Assembly (NCBI GenBank): GCA_050951725.1
Contig: JBMNJO010000012.1
Location: 355,548-419,547 of the forward strand
From: Syntrophomonadales bacterium
GTDB taxonomy: Bacteria; Bacillota; Syntrophomonadia; Syntrophomonadales; DTU052
Reading direction: 5' to 3'
DNA: 64,000 bases
Shown here piece after piece: positions 45,960-54,626 of the stretch. Within the stretch, counting starts at the first letter, position 1, and the number at the start of each line of letters is the position of its first letter. The position numbers and the translations under genes were made by a program. The notes beneath the pieces are model-generated. The model was not told the origin of the DNA, ran no database searches, and saw only the letters and a list, made by a program, of their open reading frames with translations.

Positions 45960-47225
45960 TTGTTGAGAAATAGGATTATCAGAGCCAATATTCTGCTAAT
46001 TCTAATGGTTGTCTTCGTTTTGTCACCGCATGAAATTGCTAAAGCGGATATATGGAATTATGACTATACCGTGGAGGCATATGGATATTACCCTAATGAA
46101 TCGGCGTTCTCTTATCCATTTATAACAGCTGACACACAACATCGACTTGGACGGGAAATATCAGTGGTGAGATTATCATGGGAGATAAAGGCTGGGGACA
46201 CCATACAAATGTTGTTTTATGACAAAAACGCTGTTGAGATGGCACCGGTAAAAGTAACCTCAAGTAGCTTGAGTGCCAGGAAGTTTGCAGTCACAGCTCC
46301 TAAAGGAGCTTGTACCGGCCAGGTGGAACTAATGGCTGGAAATGATACTGGCAGTAGACAAGTCTGGATAAAAGAATTTGATGCGACAAGTTACGGTGAT
46401 TATTGGGGGACAGCCATTTTTGCCGACCCAGAGATCATAGAAGATCCTCCAGATCCACCAGACCCCCCGGATCCGCCAGACCCCCCGGATCCACCTCTAT
46501 ATGATCCAGGAGACCCAGCTGGGGGGGCCGACTTAATAAACGAAATGCGGTCGATACGAGGCGCAATAAATGGCCTAAGTGAGGGGGTAGTAACTGGATT
46601 TCAAGGCGTAAGTAATCAACTTGCTACTTTGACCACGGATATAAATGAACAGTTTGATGAGGTAAAAAGTAAGTTAGATACCATTTCTACGGACGTTGAT
46701 GTCATTAAATCAGATGTCGGAGTCATCAAAGGTGACGTGGCGGCGATGAAAGACTATTTCACAACGCCACGTTCACCCTCCCCCTTACAAGTAAATACAC
46801 TACCGCAACCGACCATGGACAGTACCGTGCCTGATTTAACCGAACCATATCAGAATCCATATACCTACGACCGTGGGGAACCCACGTATCCACCCGCAGC
46901 ATTCGGGCCAGAACCGTTGCCGTTCGCGCCCGATCCCCAGGTGATGCCGCACGATGACCCACTGATAGCGGAAACACCGCAGCAATTAGATCCACCGGTT
47001 ACACGGGAAGACCCGCGCCCTACAGACCCGGTCATTAAAGAAGAACCGCGTCAGATGGACCCGGTGAACATGGACCCACCTCGGGACAAGGATGAGCCCA
47101 TAGCGAGACAAAACCCTTTTGGCAAAGAGACGCCAATAACACCTAAAAACCCATTGACGCCTCAAACACCAATAAACCGGACAACTCCATTAACGCCGCA
47201 ACCGCCGCGTACACCGGGAGGATAG
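45960..47225 (+). CDS. membrane-anchored or secreted protein with (PPD)n linker, coiled segment and Pro-rich C-terminus
   Basis: 421 aa. N-terminal TM/signal, DPPDPPDPPDPPDPPDPP at about 46441-46500, TDINEQFDEVKSKLDTISTDVDVIKSDVGVIKGDV, then a P-rich tail. Confidence 0.6.
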   Translation: MLRNRIIRANILLILMVVFVLSPHEIAKADIWNYDYTVEAYGYYPNESAFSYPFITADTQHRLGREISVVRLSWEIKAGDTIQMLFYDKNAVEMAPVKVTSSSLSARKFAVTAPKGACTGQVELMAGNDTGSRQVWIKEFDATSYGDYWGTAIFADPEIIEDPPDPPDPPDPPDPPDPPLYDPGDPAGGADLINEMRSIRGAINGLSEGVVTGFQGVSNQLATLTTDINEQFDEVKSKLDTISTDVDVIKSDVGVIKGDVAAMKDYFTTPRSPSPLQVNTLPQPTMDSTVPDLTEPYQNPYTYDRGEPTYPPAAFGPEPLPFAPDPQVMPHDDPLIAETPQQLDPPVTREDPRPTDPVIKEEPRQMDPVNMDPPRDKDEPIARQNPFGKETPITPKNPLTPQTPINRTTPLTPQPPRTPGG

Positions 47226-47236
47226 GGGGATAAGCC

Positions 47237-47689
47237 ATGTATGAGTTCTTTCAAGGCCTATTCCAGAATGGCATAAATGCACTGCATGTGTTTTTCACAT
47301 GGATAGGATTGCTGCTAGAGAGCTTCTTCGGAGCACTTAAAACTGTTCTTATTACCTTATTTCAGCCGGTCGTTGCCTTCTTTCTGGGTATAGCCTACCT
47401 TTTGTCAAAATGCTTTTATATAGCGGTTTTGGTTGTCCAAGTGATCTTTGGGATATTTAAGGTCGTGCTGGGCGTGATCATGGGGGTGTTTAATACCTTT
47501 GCCCAGCTGCTGGGATTCAGTGGTAGCACCGATTACTATTACCTGCCGACTGCCTATCAACCAGGATGGAGTGCGGTGACTGATGTGCTTAACAGTACCG
47601 GAGTCCATACGATTGCAATACTTATGACCGTTTTTGTCTGGCTGATTACGGCCTACGCTGTCATACGTATAGCAGGGGGTGAACGCTAA
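47237..47689 (+). CDS. polytopic membrane protein (about 4 TM)
   Basis: 150 aa, hydrophobic throughout. Confidence 0.55.
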   Translation: MYEFFQGLFQNGINALHVFFTWIGLLLESFFGALKTVLITLFQPVVAFFLGIAYLLSKCFYIAVLVVQVIFGIFKVVLGVIMGVFNTFAQLLGFSGSTDYYYLPTAYQPGWSAVTDVLNSTGVHTIAILMTVFVWLITAYAVIRIAGGER

Positions 47690-47955
47690 TGTTTCAGCGC
47701 ATTATTGACACTGTATTTGACCCGATAATACAGATCTTGATATCAGCTAGGGACCACCTGGATACTGCCGCACTGGTAGCCGCACAGGGCCTGAACCTGG
47801 ATTATTTCTTAGGACCAATTGCCATGATGGGTTGGCAGTGGCAGGCGTTGGTAACCAGCGTGGTAGCCAGCGCGTTTTTATTATTGAGTATCTTAGTGGC
47901 CCGTAAAGGGTATGGTCTCTATTTGGCTTTAAAGGAAGGTGTTAAGTGGTGGTAA
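47689..47955 (+). CDS. membrane protein (2 TM)
   Basis: 88 aa. The ATG overlaps the previous TAA. Confidence 0.5.
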   Translation: MFQRIIDTVFDPIIQILISARDHLDTAALVAAQGLNLDYFLGPIAMMGWQWQALVTSVVASAFLLLSILVARKGYGLYLALKEGVKWW

Positions 47956-50273
47956 GGAAGATACGGCGATACATAAAGGGAATTGAGATAAGGATGCCGT
48001 CTAAACCGTTACTGCTGGCAGGGTTGATAGGCACTCTATTGTTCGGATTTATGTCACTGGCGCAAGCGCAGACTCCATTGCAAAACGTTGCACCGGGGAC
48101 GGTTATTACTTTTAGTGGCAAGCAATGGATCGTCCTTGAGCACAAGGCAAATGGGGAAACTCTCATTCTTTTAAAAGGTTTTCTCACCTCGCAAAGAGCA
48201 TTTGACGAAGACAGAACGAACCGTTTTGACCCAACGGATTCAAACAATATTGCATACTACTTGAATAATAGTTATTACAATTCTCTGGGACAAAAAAACC
48301 TAATAAGTGAGCACACCTGGGATTTGGGACATCACGGAAGTCTTGCATGTAAAGTTGGTCTGCTGTCAGTGGATGAATACATAAGTTACAGCACGGTCTA
48401 TTCCGGGAGTGTATTGCCCTACAATCACTCGGACCGCCAATGGTGGCTTATAACGCCATATTCTCAAAGTTCGCCGACTGAAGATTTTATATATATAGTC
48501 GATGATTGGACTGAAGGGCATTGGAGTAGCAGCAATGCTGACTACTCATATGCTTATGTCAGGCCAGCTATATATCTACAATCCGGGTTAGTTTTGGGCC
48601 AGGACAATACGGTGGAAGAGGGGACAACTCCCCCCCAGGTACCAGCCGGCTTGTCAGCGGTTGCAACTTCGCCAACCTCAGTAGACCTGAACTGGCAGGC
48701 CAACACGGAAACGGATCTGGCGGGATATAAAATCTTTCGGAATGGGGTTGAGATAGCAACCGTTGGAAAAGTTACCTCGTGGACGGATAGCGGCGTATCA
48801 CCGGGCACCACTTACACCTATGAACTGGTGGCCTACAATACATCCGGCCAGGATAGTGGACGAAGCAACCAGGCGACTGTAACCACACCATCCGGGGGTG
48901 GTGGCGATAGTATGTTACATGACAAAGCCCCGGGCACGATTATTAGGTTTAGTGGCCAGGAATGGATTATCCTAGAGCAGATGGAAAACGGTGAGACGTA
49001 TCTCATTTTAAAAGAACCCGACTGTCAAAGGGCGTTTGACCCCGACCAAATTGGTCTGTTTGCGCCAAATGATTCGAATAATATAGCTTATTACTTGAAT
49101 AATACTTTTCACAATAGTCTTAGCCAAAAGGAATTCATCAGCGAACACTCATGGGATCGTGTTTCATACGATCTTTATGGAAATGTAGGCACTGACCATG
49201 GGAGTGTGAACTGTAAAGTAGGACTCATAAGCTATACTGAATACAAGGAGTATAGCACCTACTATGATGGAAACGTCCTCCCGAGTAGTTATAGTTACTG
49301 GTGGTGGACTCGTTCGCCCAGAACGGAATATTCGTATACTGCTTGGGAGGTTGATGCTACTGGCAATCTGGGCGATACCAATACCGCCAATGCCAGCGGT
49401 AGTGTACGCCCGACTATATACCTCCAGGCGGGATTGTCATTGGATGAGAACGGCAATGTGGTGGATGGCACTCCTGGTATCCCCCCAGCAGCGCCCATTG
49501 GTTTGTCCGCAGTCGCAACCTCCCCGACCTCAGTAAACCTGACCTGGCAGGCCAACACCGAGCAGGATCTAGCCGGGTATAAAATATACCGGAATGGGGT
49601 TGTGATAGAAACCGTTGGAAAATTAAGCTCATGGACTGACAATACCGCATCCCCGGGCACCACTTACACCTATGAGTTGGTGGCCTATAACACTTCCGGC
49701 CAGGATAGCCAGCGAAGCAACCCGGCGACTGTAACAACGCCGAACCTGCCCACACCCACACAGTTAGGGGTTGTCTGGAAAGGAAACTATGTTGAGGTGT
49801 CCTGGGAAGCAGGAGACACCCAACTCGGTAGCCAGGCGGTACTTTGGAGACAAATGGACAATGGCCCATGGACGCCAATCAAAACCCTAACCAATGCGGA
49901 AAAGACCGGATTTACATATAACGACAGGAATGTGAGCGTAGGATTAAACTGCCGGTATGAGATCCGGGAATGTGGTATAGACAATTACTATCGCTGGACT
50001 GTAGCCGCAGAATCGGGCTGGGCAACGGGTGACAGGCCAATAAAAGCCCCTGCAGGTCTGCGTATAGCATCAGTGGACGATAACGCCGCAGTGATAACCT
50101 GGAATCCTATAATCAGCGTAAGTAGCTATATGGTGCAGTACAGCGTAAACGGCCAGGATTGGCAAGCTGGGACAGCATCCGGCACCAGCGCAAATGTGCC
50201 TCGACCGTCACGGGTCAGGGTGAAGGCCGAAGGCTCATATAGCCACTGGAGTGGAGTCCTTACTGTCAGGTAG
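47946..50273 (+). CDS. secreted protein with two DUF6273-like + FN3 modules and further FN3-like units
   Basis: 775 aa. Signal peptide, two copies of a (FSGKQWI.LE...WW..P...RP.IYLQ domain + FN3) module, with 68/81 residues identical between the two FN3 units. No C-terminal TM. Confidence 0.75.
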   Translation: MVVRKIRRYIKGIEIRMPSKPLLLAGLIGTLLFGFMSLAQAQTPLQNVAPGTVITFSGKQWIVLEHKANGETLILLKGFLTSQRAFDEDRTNRFDPTDSNNIAYYLNNSYYNSLGQKNLISEHTWDLGHHGSLACKVGLLSVDEYISYSTVYSGSVLPYNHSDRQWWLITPYSQSSPTEDFIYIVDDWTEGHWSSSNADYSYAYVRPAIYLQSGLVLGQDNTVEEGTTPPQVPAGLSAVATSPTSVDLNWQANTETDLAGYKIFRNGVEIATVGKVTSWTDSGVSPGTTYTYELVAYNTSGQDSGRSNQATVTTPSGGGGDSMLHDKAPGTIIRFSGQEWIILEQMENGETYLILKEPDCQRAFDPDQIGLFAPNDSNNIAYYLNNTFHNSLSQKEFISEHSWDRVSYDLYGNVGTDHGSVNCKVGLISYTEYKEYSTYYDGNVLPSSYSYWWWTRSPRTEYSYTAWEVDATGNLGDTNTANASGSVRPTIYLQAGLSLDENGNVVDGTPGIPPAAPIGLSAVATSPTSVNLTWQANTEQDLAGYKIYRNGVVIETVGKLSSWTDNTASPGTTYTYELVAYNTSGQDSQRSNPATVTTPNLPTPTQLGVVWKGNYVEVSWEAGDTQLGSQAVLWRQMDNGPWTPIKTLTNAEKTGFTYNDRNVSVGLNCRYEIRECGIDNYYRWTVAAESGWATGDRPIKAPAGLRIASVDDNAAVITWNPIISVSSYMVQYSVNGQDWQAGTASGTSANVPRPSRVRVKAEGSYSHWSGVLTVR

Positions 50274-50280
50274 TTACAAG

Positions 50281-50309
50281 CCCCGTCTTTCGACGAAAGA
50301 CGGGTTTTT
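50281..50309 (+). terminator. rho-independent terminator
   Basis: CCCGTCTTTCG / CGAAAGACGGG stem followed by TTTTT, immediately after the 775-aa gene. Confidence 0.7.
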
Positions 50310-50338
50310 CTGTGCATGAATATTGCACATAACATTCA

Positions 50339-50629
50339 TTGTGCGAAGTCTCTGACCGGCCAATAATTAACATGGAGGTGAGCGAATTGCCAAGAACATC
50401 GTTGTCAAATTGGGAACCGCTCATGAATACCTTGATGGGACTGTTCATGTTCGTTGGATGCGCGACATCTTCAAAGGGTGACCAAATCTATCTATATAAG
50501 CATATCTGGACCCGTCGATATCTCAACCTGGACGGCAAAGGACAGGCATATCAATATACGGATGGCAGTTACCAACCTGTTCAGATGTTGGATGCCTTAT
50601 CTTATGTATTTTCGAAAATGGAGGGATGA
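50339..50629 (+). CDS. hypothetical protein (start uncertain)
   Basis: 96-aa ORF. An internal MNTLMGLFMFVGC could be a lipobox-type start. Confidence 0.3.
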   Translation: MCEVSDRPIINMEVSELPRTSLSNWEPLMNTLMGLFMFVGCATSSKGDQIYLYKHIWTRRYLNLDGKGQAYQYTDGSYQPVQMLDALSYVFSKMEG

Positions 50630-50631
50630 TC

Positions 50632-50751
50632 ATGGTATTTGAGTTCTTTTTTGGCGCTGCTGCCGGTATCAGTTTGGGGGTAGCGATAGTGGTGATACCT
50701 TGTCTACTGCTTTATAACCGGGTAGTGGCCGGGCGAAGGGGGAGACAGTAA
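50632..50751 (+). CDS. small single-pass membrane protein (39 aa), absent from ORF track
   Basis: MVFEFFFGAAAGISLGVAIVVIPCLLLYNRVVAGRRGRQ. GGAGGGA RBS. The stop overlaps the next ATG. Confidence 0.45.
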   Translation: MVFEFFFGAAAGISLGVAIVVIPCLLLYNRVVAGRRGRQ

Positions 50752-51098
50752 TGTTTTTCAAAAAGAAGAATCTATCACCCGATGTGGTGATACTTATAAA
50801 CGAACGCGAAATCCGGGAATTGCCCGTGGACGATGAAAACGAGGAAGCTATATCGGCAGGTGGGCTATCTCTCCCGAAAGCGGATGCCGAGGTAAGATAC
50901 TTTCCCTCCGGTGGCCGCGCATTTATCTATGGCTGCACACCTGCCTATCTGGCCGAATGTGAAAACGTTGCCCGGCTCGAACAGTCCACGGTCCTGCGAA
51001 ACCTCTTTGACTACGGCGCAACGGGAAAGACCGCTAATATCCAATTCTATGTAATGATGGCGGTCCTAATTATAACGATATTCCTCCTGAGGGGGTGA
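50751..51098 (+). CDS. hypothetical protein with C-terminal TM helix
   Basis: 115 aa, C-terminal IQFYVMMAVLIITIFLL. Confidence 0.45.
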   Translation: MFFKKKNLSPDVVILINEREIRELPVDDENEEAISAGGLSLPKADAEVRYFPSGGRAFIYGCTPAYLAECENVARLEQSTVLRNLFDYGATGKTANIQFYVMMAVLIITIFLLRG

Positions 51099-51102
51099 GA
51101 AG

Positions 51103-51447
51103 ATGGCAGATCCACAACAACCGCAACAAAAATCGATACAGGACATAATGAGTGGGGAACTCTTCGCCAGCTCCCGCAGTGATATGGTAGAGACCCTTAA
51201 ATTCATGGAAAAGCACGGAACCCCGCTGTCAGAGAGACAGGTCGCAGCCGTGGGCCTCCTGAGGGTGCTACAAAAAAAGCGGAATAACAAGGTATATGAA
51301 CCAATAATCCAAGCCATGTCTGATATGTCAAAAGAGATCACACCTCCGGGCCTCTTCGTGGACGTGATCGAGAAGATGACCCTAGGGGGATTCGTGACTG
51401 GCAAGGTCCGAATGTCTAAGCTATTTGGGAACGGGGGCGACAGGTAA
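51103..51447 (+). CDS. hypothetical protein
   Basis: 114 aa. GAGGGGGTGAG RBS. The stop overlaps the ATPase start. Confidence 0.45.
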   Translation: MADPQQPQQKSIQDIMSGELFASSRSDMVETLKFMEKHGTPLSERQVAAVGLLRVLQKKRNNKVYEPIIQAMSDMSKEITPPGLFVDVIEKMTLGGFVTGKVRMSKLFGNGGDR

Positions 51448-52097
51448 TGTACGTGTGGGTATTTCAAGGCAACCTGGGCGAAGGTAAGACCTTTGGCATG
51501 TGCGTCCTGGGTTGGCACTTCGTGGCGAAAGCCCGAAAGCAGGGCATTAACGCCGATATTTACGCCAATTTTGACCTCCTGGGAGCTAAACCCCTGCATA
51601 GTTACCGGGACTTCTACCATGTTGCGAAGTCCGATGCCTCTATATGCCTGATGGACGAAGCCCACATAAACCTGGATAGCCGCCTGTTTGCCCGAGGCTC
51701 TAATATCTATATGACCCAGTTCATGTTCTATCTGCGAAAGCTTAACACCAGTCTTTTTATGACCACCCCAAACATCCGGAACCTAGACTCCAGGATGAGG
51801 CAACTCACAAACATTCTCGTGGACTGCCATAAAATCGCCGGCGGATTCATGTACGAGATATATGACTTCCAGTCAGAACGTCTACTCCGGAAGAAATTCC
51901 TCCCGAGGTATATCGCTGAACAGATCTTCGCTACCGGCATGTATGATTCCCATGCAATAATCAGGGCGGTAAACTTCCCCTCGAATGAACGGGCGTTTGA
52001 ACGCTTCCTGGATACGATTGTTGAGATCAGAGAAGGGGGAACCGCCCCCCTGGAGGATGAGGATGTACTCGAAGGGAAGGAAGCCCGAGCTCGTTAG
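51447..52097 (+). CDS. Zot/pI-like P-loop NTPase
   Basis: Walker A GNLGEGKT at the extreme N-terminus, Walker B ICLMDEAH, then FYLRKLNTSLFMTTPNIRNLDSRMRQL, matching the Zot-domain layout (HRH-like, then Q...ID..IR). No TM segment. Confidence 0.55.
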   Translation: MYVWVFQGNLGEGKTFGMCVLGWHFVAKARKQGINADIYANFDLLGAKPLHSYRDFYHVAKSDASICLMDEAHINLDSRLFARGSNIYMTQFMFYLRKLNTSLFMTTPNIRNLDSRMRQLTNILVDCHKIAGGFMYEIYDFQSERLLRKKFLPRYIAEQIFATGMYDSHAIIRAVNFPSNERAFERFLDTIVEIREGGTAPLEDEDVLEGKEARAR

Positions 52098-52110
52098 AAG
52101 GGAGGGCCCT

Positions 52111-52326
52111 ATGGAATACCGACCGCATGTTAACACGAATATTGGGCCAGGCCGGCTTTTTCGCATTGATGGGAACATGGCACATGTAGAATTTGATTAC
52201 ATGTACCTAGTAGAGATCCCCATAACCGATGTTGACCTGGATGGAATTGATCCGGACATGATCGAGGGAGGTGTCAATACTAATGAAGCGCTGGACAGAG
52301 GAAAAGATGATAGAAAAGGCGGTTGA
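52111..52326 (+). CDS. hypothetical protein
   Basis: 71 aa from ATG 52111, after AAGGGAGGG. Confidence 0.4.
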   Translation: MEYRPHVNTNIGPGRLFRIDGNMAHVEFDYMYLVEIPITDVDLDGIDPDMIEGGVNTNEALDRGKDDRKGG

Positions 52327-52747
52327 CACAGTGTTTGAGTACGCCCAGAAGCCCGCCAACCCCTATTCATACCTATATCACAACCCTCGGGCAATTCATA
52401 CGCCGCAATACTTCGCCCACTGGACCCAGAAATGGCAGAACCACCGGGTATATATGACCTTGGTACGGGCCGCAAAGGTGACAGGCTACGAACCGGTACC
52501 CTCTATCCTGCTCCACCGTAACGCGAAAAGGGACGGTTATGGAGATAGGTCGGTACAGGTGGGCCAACTCGCATTCTATTTGATAAAGCCAGAAGAAATG
52601 AGTCCGGCACTCAGAAGGCGGTACTATGCCTTCAAGGATATGCTTTTTGATGATATCAGGCAAAATATCCGGGACCATTACGAGGGAAAAGAGAAGGAAA
52701 AGGCGCTCAGATTGTTTTCGGACGATGCGCCTAACACTGGCGCGTAA
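52283..52747 (+). CDS. hypothetical protein
   Basis: 154 aa from ATG 52283, after GAGGGAGG. Confidence 0.4.
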   Translation: MKRWTEEKMIEKAVDTVFEYAQKPANPYSYLYHNPRAIHTPQYFAHWTQKWQNHRVYMTLVRAAKVTGYEPVPSILLHRNAKRDGYGDRSVQVGQLAFYLIKPEEMSPALRRRYYAFKDMLFDDIRQNIRDHYEGKEKEKALRLFSDDAPNTGA

Positions 52748-52909
52748 TAGCTGTTAGGCGAAGTTGTCCCGCGATTATGGAGCTGATTTTAAGGGAAAGC
52801 CCTGTATTAATCTTCGTTTTTCACTTCGCATAACAGGAGGGGCGCATTATTTAGGTAAAGACCAACTGTATTCCGTTAATTATGCGACATAGAGGGGAGG
52901 GTTTAAATC

Positions 52910-53305
52910 TTGTTTTGTGCCTTTCTGTCGGGATCAGCACAATTCAATTGTATTGATGGGCGTCTCTTTTTTCAAAGATCGTTCTTAAGGATTACAGGAA
53001 TGCTCCTTCAAAATATAGACATGTTCCCGCCGGAGTCATTTTTGATAGCTGCCACAAATCACGGCCACTTATTGGATTCAGCCATATGGAGACGTTTTAC
53101 AACGGTAAATATGGACTTACCAGGCCCCGAGGAAAGGCGAAGATTGATACATTACTACAAAAAGGGCCTACCTATCGATATACATATAGCCGACTGGGTT
53201 GATAAGACCGATGGCATGAGCGGGGCTCAAATAAAGACCAAGCTCCACAATGAAGCCAAGAAACAGATTCTTTGTTTAGAAAAGACAAAGCTACAGTTGG
53301 TTTAA
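52910..53305 (+). pseudogene. AAA+ ATPase C-terminal fragment (Walker A/B missing)
   Basis: LIAATNHGHLLDSAIWRRFTTVNMDLPGPEERRRL carries sensor-1, the Arg finger and a lid. No P-loop exists upstream in any frame that I could join. Confidence 0.5.
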
Positions 53306-53331
53306 GCGTACACTAGGGAAGAGGCGATAAT

Positions 53332-54162
53332 ATGACCTTTGAACTATACATATCAGAACTCAATTCGGGCACCGCCCGGGCATACCGCGAGGATCTAACC
53401 GACTTTTCGCGTTGGTTTGATGATACTAATGGCGAGGATCTCTCTCCGGATCGGGTGACCTCGATCGATCTCAAAGAGTACCAGGCTCACATGATCCTAA
53501 ACAGGGGGCTTAGTCCGGCCACTGTTAACAGACGGTTGGCTGCTATAAGATCCTGGCTCAAATGGTGCGTGGAGCAAGGGGAAATTGAATCCCTCCCCCG
53601 CTGGCCGAAGCGAACCCAACAGGTGAAACAAGCACCCAAGGCCTTGGACAAAAAGGAGCAGGACCGATTCCTCCGGGCAGTAGAGCGCGAAGGATCTCTC
53701 CGGGACATGGCACTTGTTGGACTCATGATGTTCGCGGGATTACGAGTCAGCGAGGCGGCCAAAACCCGGGTCAGGGACATCACACTGTCCGATCGCAAAG
53801 GTCAGGTGACTGTGATTGGGAAAGGATCTAAACAGCGCGTGGTCCCCCTAGGCCTGGATGCCCGGAATATGATCAGGAGTTGGCATGATCAGTCCAGGGG
53901 CGAATGGCTTTTCCCCGGCCAAAACAGTCGGCCTATATCATCCAGGGCAGTGCAGCACATGATAAAGAAATATGCCTGGCAAGCAAAGATCGATCCTGAA
54001 AAAGTAACACCTCATGTCTTGCGTCACACCTTCGCCACCAATCTTCTCCGAGATGGGGCGGACATCGTTTTGGTGGCTGCTCTTTTAGGGCACTCACGCC
54101 TTGATACCACCGCCATCTACACCCTGCCATCCTATCCCCAGATGGAGAATGCAGTCGAATAA
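53332..54162 (+). CDS. tyrosine recombinase (XerC/XerD-like integrase)
   Basis: SAM-like N-terminal domain, ARV...R region, HVLRHTFAT and LLGHSRLDTTAIY catalytic motifs. Confidence 0.85.
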   Translation: MTFELYISELNSGTARAYREDLTDFSRWFDDTNGEDLSPDRVTSIDLKEYQAHMILNRGLSPATVNRRLAAIRSWLKWCVEQGEIESLPRWPKRTQQVKQAPKALDKKEQDRFLRAVEREGSLRDMALVGLMMFAGLRVSEAAKTRVRDITLSDRKGQVTVIGKGSKQRVVPLGLDARNMIRSWHDQSRGEWLFPGQNSRPISSRAVQHMIKKYAWQAKIDPEKVTPHVLRHTFATNLLRDGADIVLVAALLGHSRLDTTAIYTLPSYPQMENAVE

Positions 54163-54404
54163 CAAAAACGTCACCACAGGGCAAATAAGGCCGATTCCGG
54201 CGATTTTAAAATTTCAAGACCGATCACCTTCGGAGTGTTTAAAACGCGTCTCTGTGAAGGCGCTAGAAGCAGGCAAATAACAACTTGCACCATCTAGAAC
54301 CAGTTGTTTTGTAATTCCAAAACATCATTATATAAAATTAGATAATAACCCTTGCGTTATATAAAATTATACAATATAGTGAGCATATAAGGAGGGCTTG
54401 CAAC

Positions 54405-54587
54405 ATGAAACCAAAGGAACTTATGAAAATCCTAGCCGAAGACGGTTGGAATATTGTAAGGATTCAAGGTTCGCACCACATACATAAGCATCCAACAAAA
54501 CCCGGAACTATACCAGTGGCCCTCCATAATAAGGACTTGGCTCCGGGAACTTTAAATAAAATACTTAAGGCAGCGGGTTTGAAATAG
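54405..54587 (+). CDS. hicA: HicA family toxin (second copy)
   Basis: DGWNIVRIQGSHHIHKHPTKPGTIPVALHNKDLAPGTLNKILKAAGL. Confidence 0.85.
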   Translation: MKPKELMKILAEDGWNIVRIQGSHHIHKHPTKPGTIPVALHNKDLAPGTLNKILKAAGLK

Positions 54588-54626
54588 TCTCCTGCCTAAA
54601 GGTACGAACAGAAGGAGTTGACGAAA

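Noticed and set aside
52839-52890. dif/Xer-like half sites (GGGGCGCATTAT ... AATTATGCGAC) upstream of the AAA fragment and tyrosine recombinase.
   Set aside because: Only one arm of each resembles the GCGCATAA-type Xer box. The spacing (about 30 nt) and the second arms do not fit a 28-nt dif site.
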